Assembly (NCBI GenBank): GCA_965204375.1
Contig: OZ241986.1
Span: 4,096,001 to 4,160,000, forward strand
Source of the DNA: Candidatus Latescibacterota bacterium
GTDB lineage: Bacteria > Latescibacterota > UBA2968
Direction of reading: 5' to 3'
DNA: 64,000 nt
A program made the position numbers and the translations under genes. Numbering within the stretch: position 1 is the first letter of the stretch; every line of letters starts with the position of its first letter. A model generated the notes under the pieces. That model was not told where the DNA came from. It ran no database searches and was given only the letters and a program-made list of their open reading frames with translations. Below are positions 1 through 9,448 of this stretch, piece by piece.

Positions 1-11
1 AACATAATAAA

Positions 12-40
12 AATATACATTTATGAGTGTGTTTTGTCAA
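12..40 (-). promoter_or_regulatory. sigma70-type promoter pointing out of the window
   Basis: Minus strand TTGACA-N17-TATATT. Confidence 0.6.
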
Positions 41-199
41 CCCATTTTTCGTGGAACTATCGGACGAATCACAATGACTCACCGCCCACAATCCCTTGAT
101 GATTGTGCCCCAACGCTAAAGCACTACCCCATAAGCATGTCCCTGCGAAAGCAGGGATTCGTAGAGCCACTTGCAAAACAACGCTCGCTAACTCGCGTC

Positions 200-243
200 T
201 GCTTCCCATCGCTAAAGCCGATGGGTTTTACGGGCTATCTGAT
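200..243 (+). mobile_element. Possible IS200/IS605-type terminal hairpin remnant
   Basis: CCCATCG-CTAAAGC-CGATGGG hairpin followed by TTTTACGGG; no transposase nearby. Confidence 0.3.
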
Positions 244-307
244 AAAATCCAGATAGGCCTGCACCCGCCAGCGGGAGATAAGTATTGTCAATATTTTCAC
301 AATGTTT

Positions 308-373
308 AAACCTCCTGGATCGCGGTTACACCATGCCTGCCCCTGTATGATTTAAGCAGGGGCCGCGATGACG
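308..373 (+). repeat. Palindromic intergenic element (CTGGATCGCGG...GCCGCGATGACG) with nested hairpin insert
   Basis: Related copies at 42032-42073 and 45193-45213 (partial); extra CCTGCCCCTG..TAAGCAGGGG at 336-362. Confidence 0.7.
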
Positions 374-397
374 GGCGAGGCATGCCTCGCCCCTACA
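373..397 (-). repeat. GTAG-family REP element
   Basis: Minus strand TGTAGGGGCGAGGCATGCCTCGCCC: GTAG tetranucleotide plus palindrome. Confidence 0.7.
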
Positions 398-410
398 GTT
401 GTTCCCACTC

Positions 411-438
411 CTCACTTCACACTTCACACTTCACACTT
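411..438. repeat. Heptamer tandem array (CTCACTT)(CACACTT)3 abutting the hemY stop
   Basis: Direct reading; ends at the TAG codon 439-441. Confidence 0.9.
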
Positions 439-1818
439 CTACACTTCCCCAAAAATCCGATCCACTGTATCCACCGCCTGCACAACACAATCGGGAATCG
501 CCGACCCGCGATACGCACTCCCCGTCAAAAACAACCCATCCACCTGCGCGGCGAGACGATCCATTTCAGCCACGCGATCCAGATGCCCCACATCGAACTG
601 GGGGCGCCCTCTTCTCCAGCGAAAAACGCGCGCAAACAGAGGATCAGCCGTCAACCCCATCAAATCTTCCAACTCCTCGCGCGACAGTGCAATCAGCGCC
701 TCATCATCCAGATCCACCAGATCTTCCTGCCCTGTTCCCCCCACAAAAGTACGCACCAGAACCCCATCGTCTGGCGCGCGAAAATTCAGCTTTGTCGAAA
801 CATAGGTACACGCCGTAATCCGCCGCCCCTCGTGTTTCGGCGACAAAAATCCAAACCCCTCAAAATCGTGTTGACCCTCAACATCTCTCTTCCGATACGC
901 CAGCGAAACCGTCGCCGTTGAAACATAGCGAATATCGCGCAACAAAAGACTCAAATCAGGCGCAAAATCCGCCACCAGATCAGCACTCACATAAGCCGGC
1001 GTCGCCATCACCACGGCATCTGTCCCGATCACCTCATCGCCAGCGACAACCTCAAATCCACCATCCACCTTTCGCACAGCCCCAACAGCAACCCCCAGAC
1101 GCAAATCCCCATTTAGGCGCGCGACCAGAGCATCGACCAACTCACCCATCCCGCCAATTGGCGTTTGAAACATCGCAGCCCCCGTAGAAGCGCGCGTCTT
1201 CCTCATCGCCCGCACCCCCTTAATCAAACTCCCATAACGCTGCTCCATCGCCACATACATCGGAAACGCACACCGCATACTCAAACGCTCTGCATCTGCA
1301 CTGTGGATACCAGCCAGCATTGCCCCGCCAATACTCACAGCCTCCCTGCCCAAACGCCGCCGAATAAAACTCGCCAGACTCTCATCGCCCTCGTCTCTCC
1401 GCCGCGGAACAAACACCTCCAGCCCCATCCTCACCTTTCCGAAAAACGAATACAAAGGTGACGTCACCAGAGACCAAAATCTCGCGGGCACCAGAGAAAA
1501 ATCCTCCGGAAAAGCCACCAGTTCCCCATCCCGCACCAGAAATGTCCGCTGCCGATCATTATTCGTCGAAATCAACCGATCCGCCAACCCCAGATCCTTA
1601 CACAACTGAATACCCGCGGGCTTTTGCGTCAGCAGCAAATCCGGACCGCCCTCAATCAAAAAACCATCCACCGACTCCGTCGCGATCATTCCCCCCCACC
1701 GGTCACTGCGCTCCAGCAAGGAATACTGGACATCCCGCCCCTGTTCTCGTGCTCTTTTTTCCAAATAAAAAGCGGTCGCAAGACCCGCTATGCCACCGCC
1801 AATAATAGTTATATGCAT
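439..1818 (-). CDS. hemY: Protoporphyrinogen/coproporphyrinogen III oxidase (HemY/CgoX type)
   Basis: GGGIAGL FAD motif, E-G-P-D motif, C-terminal GSAYRGSAIPDC; follows hemE and hemH; ATG at 1818 with GAGGGG RBS. Confidence 0.9.
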   Translation of the reverse strand: MHITIIGGGIAGLATAFYLEKRAREQGRDVQYSLLERSDRWGGMIATESVDGFLIEGGPDLLLTQKPAGIQLCKDLGLADRLISTNNDRQRTFLVRDGELVAFPEDFSLVPARFWSLVTSPLYSFFGKVRMGLEVFVPRRRDEGDESLASFIRRRLGREAVSIGGAMLAGIHSADAERLSMRCAFPMYVAMEQRYGSLIKGVRAMRKTRASTGAAMFQTPIGGMGELVDALVARLNGDLRLGVAVGAVRKVDGGFEVVAGDEVIGTDAVVMATPAYVSADLVADFAPDLSLLLRDIRYVSTATVSLAYRKRDVEGQHDFEGFGFLSPKHEGRRITACTYVSTKLNFRAPDDGVLVRTFVGGTGQEDLVDLDDEALIALSREELEDLMGLTADPLFARVFRWRRGRPQFDVGHLDRVAEMDRLAAQVDGLFLTGSAYRGSAIPDCVVQAVDTVDRIFGEV

Positions 1819-1832
1819 ATCGCTATCACCCC

Positions 1833-2765
1833 TCAAATCACCTCTTCCACCGCATCTGCAACCGCCTCGATAAACACGGAATCGCTATTCATCATCTCCG
1901 TGCGTTCGAGGCGAATCCCGCGTTGTTGTGCAATCTCCTGGCAACCGATATCAATATCGTAAAGCACCTCGACGTGATCGCACACAAAACCAATAGGCGC
2001 AACCAGAACATCGCGGTAATTCCCATCGGCCAGTGCCGGAATCACATCTTCAATCTGCGGACCCAACCATGGCTCGCCCGTATGTGCGGCACTCTGATAT
2101 GAAAACATCCAATCCACCGGACCCAATCGATCCACAATCGCCTGTGCATTGCGCTTTAATTCATCGTCATAGGGATCGCCCATCTTCAGCAACCGGGCCG
2201 GCAAACTATGCGCCGAAAAAACCACCTTTGCCTTCCGCCTCGCATCCTCCGGAAACCTCTCCAACCCCGCCCGTACCTTTGCCGCCTGCGCCTCAATCAA
2301 CCGGGGCTGATCCCACCACGAATTGACATAGACAAAATCAATAGCACTCCCCACCTCTTTTTGCGCATCCTCAACCTTCTGCTGATAAAGTCCAATACTC
2401 ATCCGCGAATAATGCGGCGCCATCACAATGCCCACAGCCTTTTCAACACCATCCCCTTGCATCTTCGCCACCGCCTCAACAATCCGCGGCTTCCAGTGAC
2501 GCATCCCCGTATATGCCTTCACATCCCGCCCGCGCTTCTTCAACACCGCCTCAACATGCCCTGCCTGCTCAAACGTGCGTTCATTCAGCGGCGACCTGCC
2601 ACCGATCTGCGCGTAGCGACTGCGAAACTCCGCAACAAATTCTGGCGACATCGGCCTACCACCCCGAATATCGCTCAAATAAGCCGCCATATCATCCAGC
2701 GAATCGGGGCTGCCATAAGCCATCAAAAGCACACCGATTGTCTTCTCATCGCGCCGTATATTCAT
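1833..2765 (-). CDS. hemH: Ferrochelatase
   Basis: LLMAYGSP, GGRSPL, FSAHSLP, WLGP, PIGFVCDHVEVLYDID motifs. Confidence 0.93.
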   Translation of the reverse strand: MNIRRDEKTIGVLLMAYGSPDSLDDMAAYLSDIRGGRPMSPEFVAEFRSRYAQIGGRSPLNERTFEQAGHVEAVLKKRGRDVKAYTGMRHWKPRIVEAVAKMQGDGVEKAVGIVMAPHYSRMSIGLYQQKVEDAQKEVGSAIDFVYVNSWWDQPRLIEAQAAKVRAGLERFPEDARRKAKVVFSAHSLPARLLKMGDPYDDELKRNAQAIVDRLGPVDWMFSYQSAAHTGEPWLGPQIEDVIPALADGNYRDVLVAPIGFVCDHVEVLYDIDIGCQEIAQQRGIRLERTEMMNSDSVFIEAVADAVEEVI

Positions 2766-3786
2766 GCACAAAATCAACCAATCTCCGCACATTCTCCACA
2801 GGTGTGCGCTGTAAAATCCCATGACCCAGATTAAAAATATGCCCCGGCTTTCCCCTCACCGAATCCAATATCCGCCTCGTCTGCCGCTCAATCTCCTCAA
2901 AAGGCGCGAACAACACAACGGGATCCAGATTGCCCTGCACACCCACATCATCGCCCAAACGGCGCCACGCCACATCTATATCAATGCGCCAATCAACGCC
3001 AATAACATCGCCCCCCGCCTCCTTCAACAACTCGAGAATACCCGCCGTACCCGTACCAAAGTGAATAAGCGGCACATCCATCTCTTCTTTCGCAATCGCA
3101 ATCGCCTTTTGCGAATGCGGCAACACGTACTCGCGATAATCTGCCGAACTCAACGCACCGACCCAGCTATCAAACACCTGCAACACCCGGGCACCCGCCC
3201 TGACCTGGGCGATGAGATAATCGCCAATCGCCGTCGCCATCATATCCATCAAACGATGCCATTGCGCTGGCTCGCCGTACATCAACCCCTTGGCAATCTC
3301 GTAATTGCGCGACGAACCGCCCTCCACCGCATAACAAACCAGCGTAAAAGGCGCACCTGCAAAACCGATCAGCGGAACGCGACCATCGAGTTCTGCAACA
3401 GCCATCCGAATGGCATCACCCGCATAAGGCATCGCCTCTTCGGCGGGTCTCATGGTCAACGCATCGATATCTGCCACCGTGCGAATCGGATTGTGAATAA
3501 CCGGACCCTCGCCCGTTACATAGTCCAGATCCAAACCCATCGACTCCAGAATCGGCAGCAAATCCTGAAAAATAATCGCAGCATCCACATCATAAGCATT
3601 CACAGGTTGCATCGTAATCGCCGTAGAGATCTCGGGCGTCTTCACCATATCGAGAAAACGGTAGCGATCGCGATACGTCCAGTACTCCTTCATATACCGC
3701 CCGGCCTGACGCATAAACCAGACAGGCGTCGCATCCACACACTCGCGGCGACACGCCTTTAAAAAACGATCTGAACCATCACCCAT
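2746..3786 (-). CDS. hemE: Uroporphyrinogen decarboxylase
   Basis: PVWFMRQAGRY, LIGFAGAPFTL, IFNLGHGI signatures. Confidence 0.96.
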   Translation of the reverse strand: MGDGSDRFLKACRRECVDATPVWFMRQAGRYMKEYWTYRDRYRFLDMVKTPEISTAITMQPVNAYDVDAAIIFQDLLPILESMGLDLDYVTGEGPVIHNPIRTVADIDALTMRPAEEAMPYAGDAIRMAVAELDGRVPLIGFAGAPFTLVCYAVEGGSSRNYEIAKGLMYGEPAQWHRLMDMMATAIGDYLIAQVRAGARVLQVFDSWVGALSSADYREYVLPHSQKAIAIAKEEMDVPLIHFGTGTAGILELLKEAGGDVIGVDWRIDIDVAWRRLGDDVGVQGNLDPVVLFAPFEEIERQTRRILDSVRGKPGHIFNLGHGILQRTPVENVRRLVDFVHEYTAR

Positions 3787-4024
3787 CGTCCATTCCCTCC
3801 AGCACCCGCATCAAATCTTCCAGCGATACAATTTCTTCGCCAGTTCTGAGAGCCTCTGGCGCGGCATCTTCCCCAGAAGTACCAAACACAAACCACTCAA
3901 ACTCGCGCAAAAACTTCAGACAATGCCACTCACCTGTGCGCGCGTAATCTTCGCTACACAACTCCCGCGGAATCGGGCACCCGTCGTATAAACCTCGGGG
4001 ACATGGTCTGCGTTTTTTACCCAT
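3779..4024 (-). CDS. Small Cys-rich hypothetical protein
   Basis: 81 aa ORF filling the glnA-hemE gap, 9 bp after the glnA stop, overlapping the hemE start; 4 Cys. Confidence 0.6.
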   Translation of the reverse strand: MGKKRRPCPRGLYDGCPIPRELCSEDYARTGEWHCLKFLREFEWFVFGTSGEDAAPEALRTGEEIVSLEDLMRVLEGMDDG

Positions 4025-4033
4025 CCCTGTACC

Positions 4034-5368
4034 TCACAAAATTTTAAGATGTTGATCCAATTCATAACCCGTCACCTGCGCCCTATAATTGGCCCACTCG
4101 ATCTTCTTATTCGCAATAAACTTCTCAAAAATATGATCGCCCAGGGCATTGCGAAGCAAATCGCTACGCTCGGCCAGATCAATAGCCTGCGACAGATCCA
4201 GAGGCAAAGTCTTAATACCCGCACGCTCCCGTTCCACACGGGACATCTCAGCCACATTTTTTTCCATAGGCGGCGGCACCTCATACTGTTTTTCAACGCC
4301 CTCCAATCCCGCAGATAGCATAATAGCGAATGCCAGATAGGGATTGCAAGCCGGATCGGGCGACCGGTATTCGATGCGCGTCGTACTCTCCTTATCCAGA
4401 GAATAGGCCGGCACGCGCACCAGATCCGATCGATTGACCACCGACCACGTCGTGTACAAAGGCGCCTCGTAACCCGGCACCAACCGCTTATACGAATTGA
4501 CCCACTGATTCGTCACCAGCGTAATCTCACAGGCATGTTTGAGCAAACCCGCGATAAAATACCGCGCCGTATCCGACAGATGGTATTCATCTTCAGCATC
4601 GTAAAACGCATTATTCTCCCCCTTAAACAGCGACATATTCGTATGCATACCATTGCCATTGACACCAAAAAGGGGCTTGGGCATAAACGTCGCCCAAACG
4701 CCGTGTTTCACGGCAATCTCCTTCACCACCAAACGATAAGTCATCGCATTATCCGCCATCGTCAGCGCATCGGTATAAAGCAAATCGATCTCGTGCTGGC
4801 TCGGCGCATCCTCGTGATGGCTGGACGCCACCTCAATCCCCATCTTCTCCAGCGTCAACACCGTATCCCGGCGCAAATCACTCGCCACATCCAGAGACGT
4901 CTGATCAAAATACCCCCCCTCATCCAAACCCGTGAGAGGAACCTCGGGTTTCTCAAAATAGAAAAACTCCATCTCTGGACTCACGTAAAACGCAAAACCC
5001 ATATCGCCTGCGCGTCTCAAATTCTTTTTCAGCACCCAGCGCGGATCTCCCCGATATGGGTTCCCCCCCGGCTGGAGAATATCGCAAAACATACGCGCAA
5101 CCGTACCGCCTTCTTGCGGGCGAAAAGGCAGCACCTGAAAAGTATTGGGATCGGGCATAGCGATCATATCGCTCTCGTCAATGCGTGCAAAACCCTCTAC
5201 GGACGACCCATCAAAACCGATCCCCTCGGTCAAAGCACCATCGAGTTGCTCAACGGGAATTGCGACACTCTTTAGAAAACCCAAAATATCCGTAAACCAG
5301 AGCCTGATAAATTTGACCCCGTGTTCTGACGCGGCATTCAGCACGTATTCGCGGCTTCCTTCATTCAT
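4034..5368 (-). CDS. glnA: Glutamine synthetase type I
   Basis: FDGSSVEGF, HHEDAPSQHEI, TFMPKP, NGNGMH, NSYKRLVPGYEAP, RIEYRSPDPACNPY. Confidence 0.96.
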   Translation of the reverse strand: MNEGSREYVLNAASEHGVKFIRLWFTDILGFLKSVAIPVEQLDGALTEGIGFDGSSVEGFARIDESDMIAMPDPNTFQVLPFRPQEGGTVARMFCDILQPGGNPYRGDPRWVLKKNLRRAGDMGFAFYVSPEMEFFYFEKPEVPLTGLDEGGYFDQTSLDVASDLRRDTVLTLEKMGIEVASSHHEDAPSQHEIDLLYTDALTMADNAMTYRLVVKEIAVKHGVWATFMPKPLFGVNGNGMHTNMSLFKGENNAFYDAEDEYHLSDTARYFIAGLLKHACEITLVTNQWVNSYKRLVPGYEAPLYTTWSVVNRSDLVRVPAYSLDKESTTRIEYRSPDPACNPYLAFAIMLSAGLEGVEKQYEVPPPMEKNVAEMSRVERERAGIKTLPLDLSQAIDLAERSDLLRNALGDHIFEKFIANKKIEWANYRAQVTGYELDQHLKIL

Positions 5369-5575
5369 AGTTCTATCCCGTATTTTAACCTGTGAAACAA
5401 CGCGGAAATAACAGTCAAACGTACGCTTATTACATTTCCAGCAGGTTTCATAAGTGTTTCGCCAATATTAAAAGCAATGGAATTTATGCATAGAAAATTG
5501 ATTTGCTGATCAAAATATTCTTCACTATCTTCTCTGCGCCTATTCCTTACCATCCATTCCAAGAGGGAGGACCGT

Positions 5576-7402
5576 ATGAAAACTCGAACATCATTCACGA
5601 TTCCCATTGTCGGCCTGCTCCTGCTGGCCGGTGCCTTTTCCAATGCGCCTCCCGCCCTGGCAGATTGTCCACTCCCTCCCGGCGTGTCGCCTCCTGCGGC
5701 CCCGGCTGTGACGGCACAACAGGTGGAAGACGGCAGCGCTACCCTGCAGGAATTCGCGCTGGTGACGAGAGATCAATTCAAGCAGGGACAAGCGACTCCG
5801 GAAGAATCGTTTTACTTTGGATGTCTCATCAGGCAAGACGGGAGCTATTGGCATTCCGGTTCCACCTACATCGTGTCACTGCTGGCCGACGGCAGGATAT
5901 TCGTTCACGCAAAGGATATGGCATTGTCGGGCAGGTTGCTCAACCCGGTGATCTATGGAACGATCCTTTCTGCGTTGGGAGTATCCTTAACCGATCTGGC
6001 CAACCTGGCTTCTCCCGATCCTGCTGTCGCCGCCCAGGCTTTTGGCGCCGTCTTTAACACATTGTTGCAAGAACCGGATGCCCCATTCGATGCGACCACC
6101 CCTATTCCGGGTCTAAGTCCGGGGATACCAGGTGCCTCCGGCTATGCCACCGTACATCTCTCGGGCAATTTCGGGGTCCCGATCATAATGCTCGTCGGGT
6201 TCGATCTCAATGAATCTCACGTGGTTGAGGAAGAAATCGATTACGGCGACCCGGCCGTTACCGCCGAGGACGTGGTAGATCGAGAAACTCTGAAGGCATT
6301 CGTCACGCAAGCAGGGGAATTCATGCTCGAACTCCAGAAGAGCGGCGACCTGGCCGCTTCCTCGAAACTCAGAATCGCCTTGCGGGATCCGAACGGACCC
6401 TATAGACACGGTAACGTGTACCTCTACGTCCTGGATCTTACCAGCAACATAGTCCTATTGCACGCCGCGTTTCCAAACCGATTCGAGCTTCGGCCTCTGG
6501 TAGGGATTGCCCGAGACGGCGTTACCGGAGAACTCATACTACCGCAGGTCATCGAAGCGGCGAAAAGTGATCCGGAAGGCGGCTTCGTGGAGTATTTCTA
6601 CGACGATCCCACCGACGACACAGACAGGGCCGATATCCCCAAGGTGGGATACGCACGCCAGTTCACCGGTGAACTCAGTTTAAGCGGACGCATGGTCCCA
6701 TACAACTTCATCATTGGGTCGGGTTTTTATGGGCGCGCACCCGATGTTATCCCGGACGGTCCCCTTACACAAGTGGAGGCCACGGTCTCAGGCGACGCCG
6801 TCGAAGGATTGACCGTCGCGTTTGCTCAATCCATCGCCGGCCAGCCTGCCGACTACGCCCATAACGCTGTCACAGATGCCAATGGCTATTTGTCCCTCAC
6901 CATCTCCAACCCAGATGGCGTGAGTGGTTACTATACAGCCCGCGCCAGCAACGCCGATGGCGAAATCGTCGGCCAGTGGCACTCCATTCCCCTCAATCAC
7001 AATCAGCGCCAGATATTAGAACTGACGCTGGGCGGCGGTATGAAGATCGTACGCGTCGAACCACTCGCCGCAGCCAAGCCAGTGGTCACAGCCGAGACAG
7101 AGACCGTATCCGAGACAGTACCGGAAGTTAGTGGTCTGGCACCCAACTTTCCCAACCCGTTCAACAGCGCCACCCTGATAACCTACCATCTATCCACCCC
7201 CGGCCCGGTGCAGTTGGTGATCTACAATGTGCTGGGTCAGCCCGTACGCACATTGGTGGATCAGTCCCAGGCCGCTGGCACCTACCAGATTCGGTGGGAT
7301 GTCCTCGACCAGCGGGGCGTCTCGCTATCGACGGGGATCTATATCGCACGTTTGAGCTATCCCGGCGGGGTGCAGACGCAACGGCTGCTCTACCTCAAGT
7401 AG
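5576..7402 (+). CDS. Secreted Cache-like domain protein with FlgD-Ig/T9SS-like C-terminal domain
   Basis: Signal peptide; Cache-like segments (YLYVLD..HAAFP, GGFVEYFYDDP..KVGYA); PNFPNPFNS..IYNVLGQ.VRTLV..GIYIARL tail. Confidence 0.75.
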   Translation: MKTRTSFTIPIVGLLLLAGAFSNAPPALADCPLPPGVSPPAAPAVTAQQVEDGSATLQEFALVTRDQFKQGQATPEESFYFGCLIRQDGSYWHSGSTYIVSLLADGRIFVHAKDMALSGRLLNPVIYGTILSALGVSLTDLANLASPDPAVAAQAFGAVFNTLLQEPDAPFDATTPIPGLSPGIPGASGYATVHLSGNFGVPIIMLVGFDLNESHVVEEEIDYGDPAVTAEDVVDRETLKAFVTQAGEFMLELQKSGDLAASSKLRIALRDPNGPYRHGNVYLYVLDLTSNIVLLHAAFPNRFELRPLVGIARDGVTGELILPQVIEAAKSDPEGGFVEYFYDDPTDDTDRADIPKVGYARQFTGELSLSGRMVPYNFIIGSGFYGRAPDVIPDGPLTQVEATVSGDAVEGLTVAFAQSIAGQPADYAHNAVTDANGYLSLTISNPDGVSGYYTARASNADGEIVGQWHSIPLNHNQRQILELTLGGGMKIVRVEPLAAAKPVVTAETETVSETVPEVSGLAPNFPNPFNSATLITYHLSTPGPVQLVIYNVLGQPVRTLVDQSQAAGTYQIRWDVLDQRGVSLSTGIYIARLSYPGGVQTQRLLYLK

Positions 7403-7420
7403 CACCGATTTCTCATAGCT

Positions 7421-7462
7421 AAAAAAAAGGCCCCTGACTGAAAATTCAGGGGCCTTTTTTTT
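7421..7462. terminator. Bidirectional intrinsic terminator
   Basis: A8-GGCCCCTGA..TCAGGGGCC-T8. Confidence 0.9.
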
Positions 7463-7608
7463 ACGCCGATATTCCGTTTGCGTGCTGTCAAGCGCAAAAA
7501 AGCAATGGAATTTATGCATAGAAAATTGATTTGCTGATCAAAATATTCTTCATTATCTTCTCTGCACTTATTCCTTACCACCCATTCCTTAAAGGGAGGA
7601 CCATCGCG

Positions 7609-9372
7609 ATGAAAACTCGAACATTACTCACGATTCCCATTGTCGGACTGCTCGTGCTGGCCGGCGTCTTTTCCAATGCGCCGCCCGCCCTGGCAGATTG
7701 TCCACCTCCTCCCGGCATGACGCCACCTGCGGGTCCGAGCGTGACGGCGCAACAGGTGGAAAACGGAAGCGCGAGCCTGCAGGCGTTCGCGCTGGCCGCG
7801 AAAGATCGATACATAGCCCTGCACGGTGAAGTCACGGATTTTGCAGAGATACTGTACATTCAATGTCTCACCAGGCAGGAGGGAACCCCCTGGCGTTCCG
7901 GTTCCACCTACCTTGTGTACGTTACACCCGACGGCAGGGTGTTCCAACACGCGAAGAGTATGTCACTGTCGGCCAGGCTACTTAACCCCGTGATTTACGG
8001 CGCGATCCTTCAGGCCTTGGGAATCAACCCGGCGGATCTGGCTGACCCTGCTGCGGCCCACGCCGCCTTCATTGCCGCCGCAGCCGGGAATGGCGGGTAC
8101 TTCGACGTCCCCAGCATCCCGGACGCCTCCGGCTATGCCGTCATGTTTGCGCCCCATGTGATCTGGCTGGCCGGGTTCGATCTCGGTGAGGCTCACCTGG
8201 TTCCCATCGGTGATGAAGATATCGATTATGGCGACCCGTCCGTCACTGCCAGAGACGTGGTGGACCGGGAAAGCCTGAAGGCCTTCGTCACGGAAGCGAT
8301 AAATCATATTATCTCATTGTCCGGGGACAATCTCGCGCTCTCGACAGTAAGGATCGCCTTTCGGGATGAGAACGGGCCCTGGAGACACGGTTCCGTGTAC
8401 CTCTACATCCTGGAAACGACCAGCAACCTCGTCATGTTTCACGCCGCGTTCCCGGACAGATTCGAGCTTCAGCCTCTGGTGGGGATTGCCCGAGACGGCG
8501 TTACCGGAGAGCTCATTCTGCCGCAGGTCCTCGAAGCGGCGAGGAGTGACCCGGAAGGTGGCTTCGTGGAGTATTTCTACGACGACCCCGCTGACGACAC
8601 CGACAGGGCCGACATCCCCAAGGTAGGCTACGCCCGCGAGTTCACCCTTACGGGCATAAATGAAAGACCCCAAACCTTCATCATTGGGTCGGGTTATTAT
8701 GGGCGCGCACCCGACGTTGTCCCGGACGGTCCCCTTACACAAGTGGAGGCCACGGTCTCAGGCGACGCCGTCGAAGGATTGACCGTCGCGTTTGCTCAAT
8801 CCATCGCCGGCCAACAGCCCGACTACGCCTATAGTGCTGTCACCGATGCCAATGGCTATTTGTCCCTCACCATCTCCAACGCAGATGGGGTGAATGGTTA
8901 CTATACAGCCCGCGCCAGCAACGCCGATGGCGAAATCGTCGGTCAGTGGCACTCCATTCCCCTCAATCACAATCAGCGCCAGGTCCTGGAACTGCCCCTG
9001 GGCGGCGGTATGAAGATCGTAAGCGTCGGACCACTCGCCGCATCCAAGCCAATGGTCGTATCCGAGACAGAGACCGTATCCGAGACAGTACCGGAAGTTA
9101 GTGGTCTGGCACCCAACTTTCCCAACCCTTTCAACAGCGCCACCCTGATAACCTACCACCTGTCCAACCCCGGTCCGGTGCAGTTGGTGATCTACAATGT
9201 GCTGGGTCAGCCGGTACGCACGTTGGTGGATCAGTCTCAGGCCGCAGGCTCCTACCAGATTCGGTGGGATGTCCTCGACCAGCAAGGCGTCTCGCTATCG
9301 ACGGGGATCTATATCGCACGTCTGAGCTATCCCGGCGGGGTGCAGACGCAACGGCTACTCTACCTCAAGTAG
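7609..9372 (+). CDS. Paralogous secreted Cache-like/FlgD-Ig protein
   Basis: Same architecture as 5576-7402; GGAGG RBS before ATG 7609. Confidence 0.75.
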   Translation: MKTRTLLTIPIVGLLVLAGVFSNAPPALADCPPPPGMTPPAGPSVTAQQVENGSASLQAFALAAKDRYIALHGEVTDFAEILYIQCLTRQEGTPWRSGSTYLVYVTPDGRVFQHAKSMSLSARLLNPVIYGAILQALGINPADLADPAAAHAAFIAAAAGNGGYFDVPSIPDASGYAVMFAPHVIWLAGFDLGEAHLVPIGDEDIDYGDPSVTARDVVDRESLKAFVTEAINHIISLSGDNLALSTVRIAFRDENGPWRHGSVYLYILETTSNLVMFHAAFPDRFELQPLVGIARDGVTGELILPQVLEAARSDPEGGFVEYFYDDPADDTDRADIPKVGYAREFTLTGINERPQTFIIGSGYYGRAPDVVPDGPLTQVEATVSGDAVEGLTVAFAQSIAGQQPDYAYSAVTDANGYLSLTISNADGVNGYYTARASNADGEIVGQWHSIPLNHNQRQVLELPLGGGMKIVSVGPLAASKPMVVSETETVSETVPEVSGLAPNFPNPFNSATLITYHLSNPGPVQLVIYNVLGQPVRTLVDQSQAAGSYQIRWDVLDQQGVSLSTGIYIARLSYPGGVQTQRLLYLK

Positions 9373-9390
9373 CACCGATTTCTCATAGCT

Positions 9391-9425
9391 AAAAAAATGC
9401 CCCTGAAAATTCAGGGGCTTTTTTT
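9391..9425. terminator. Bidirectional intrinsic terminator
   Basis: GCCCCTGAA..TTCAGGGGC-T7. Confidence 0.85.
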
Positions 9426-9448
9426 GTACGCCTCTTTTTTACAACACC

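Larger units (their letters stand above)
5470..7462 (+). repeat. Tandem duplication unit 1 (leader + gene + terminator); unit 2 at ~7498-9425
   Basis: Near-identical ~110 bp leaders, 3' ~700 bp and terminators. Confidence 0.85.

Noticed and set aside
5576-9372. Diversity-generating retroelement TR/VR pair
   Set aside because: No reverse transcriptase in the window; differences are not adenine-specific and the whole gene unit is duplicated.
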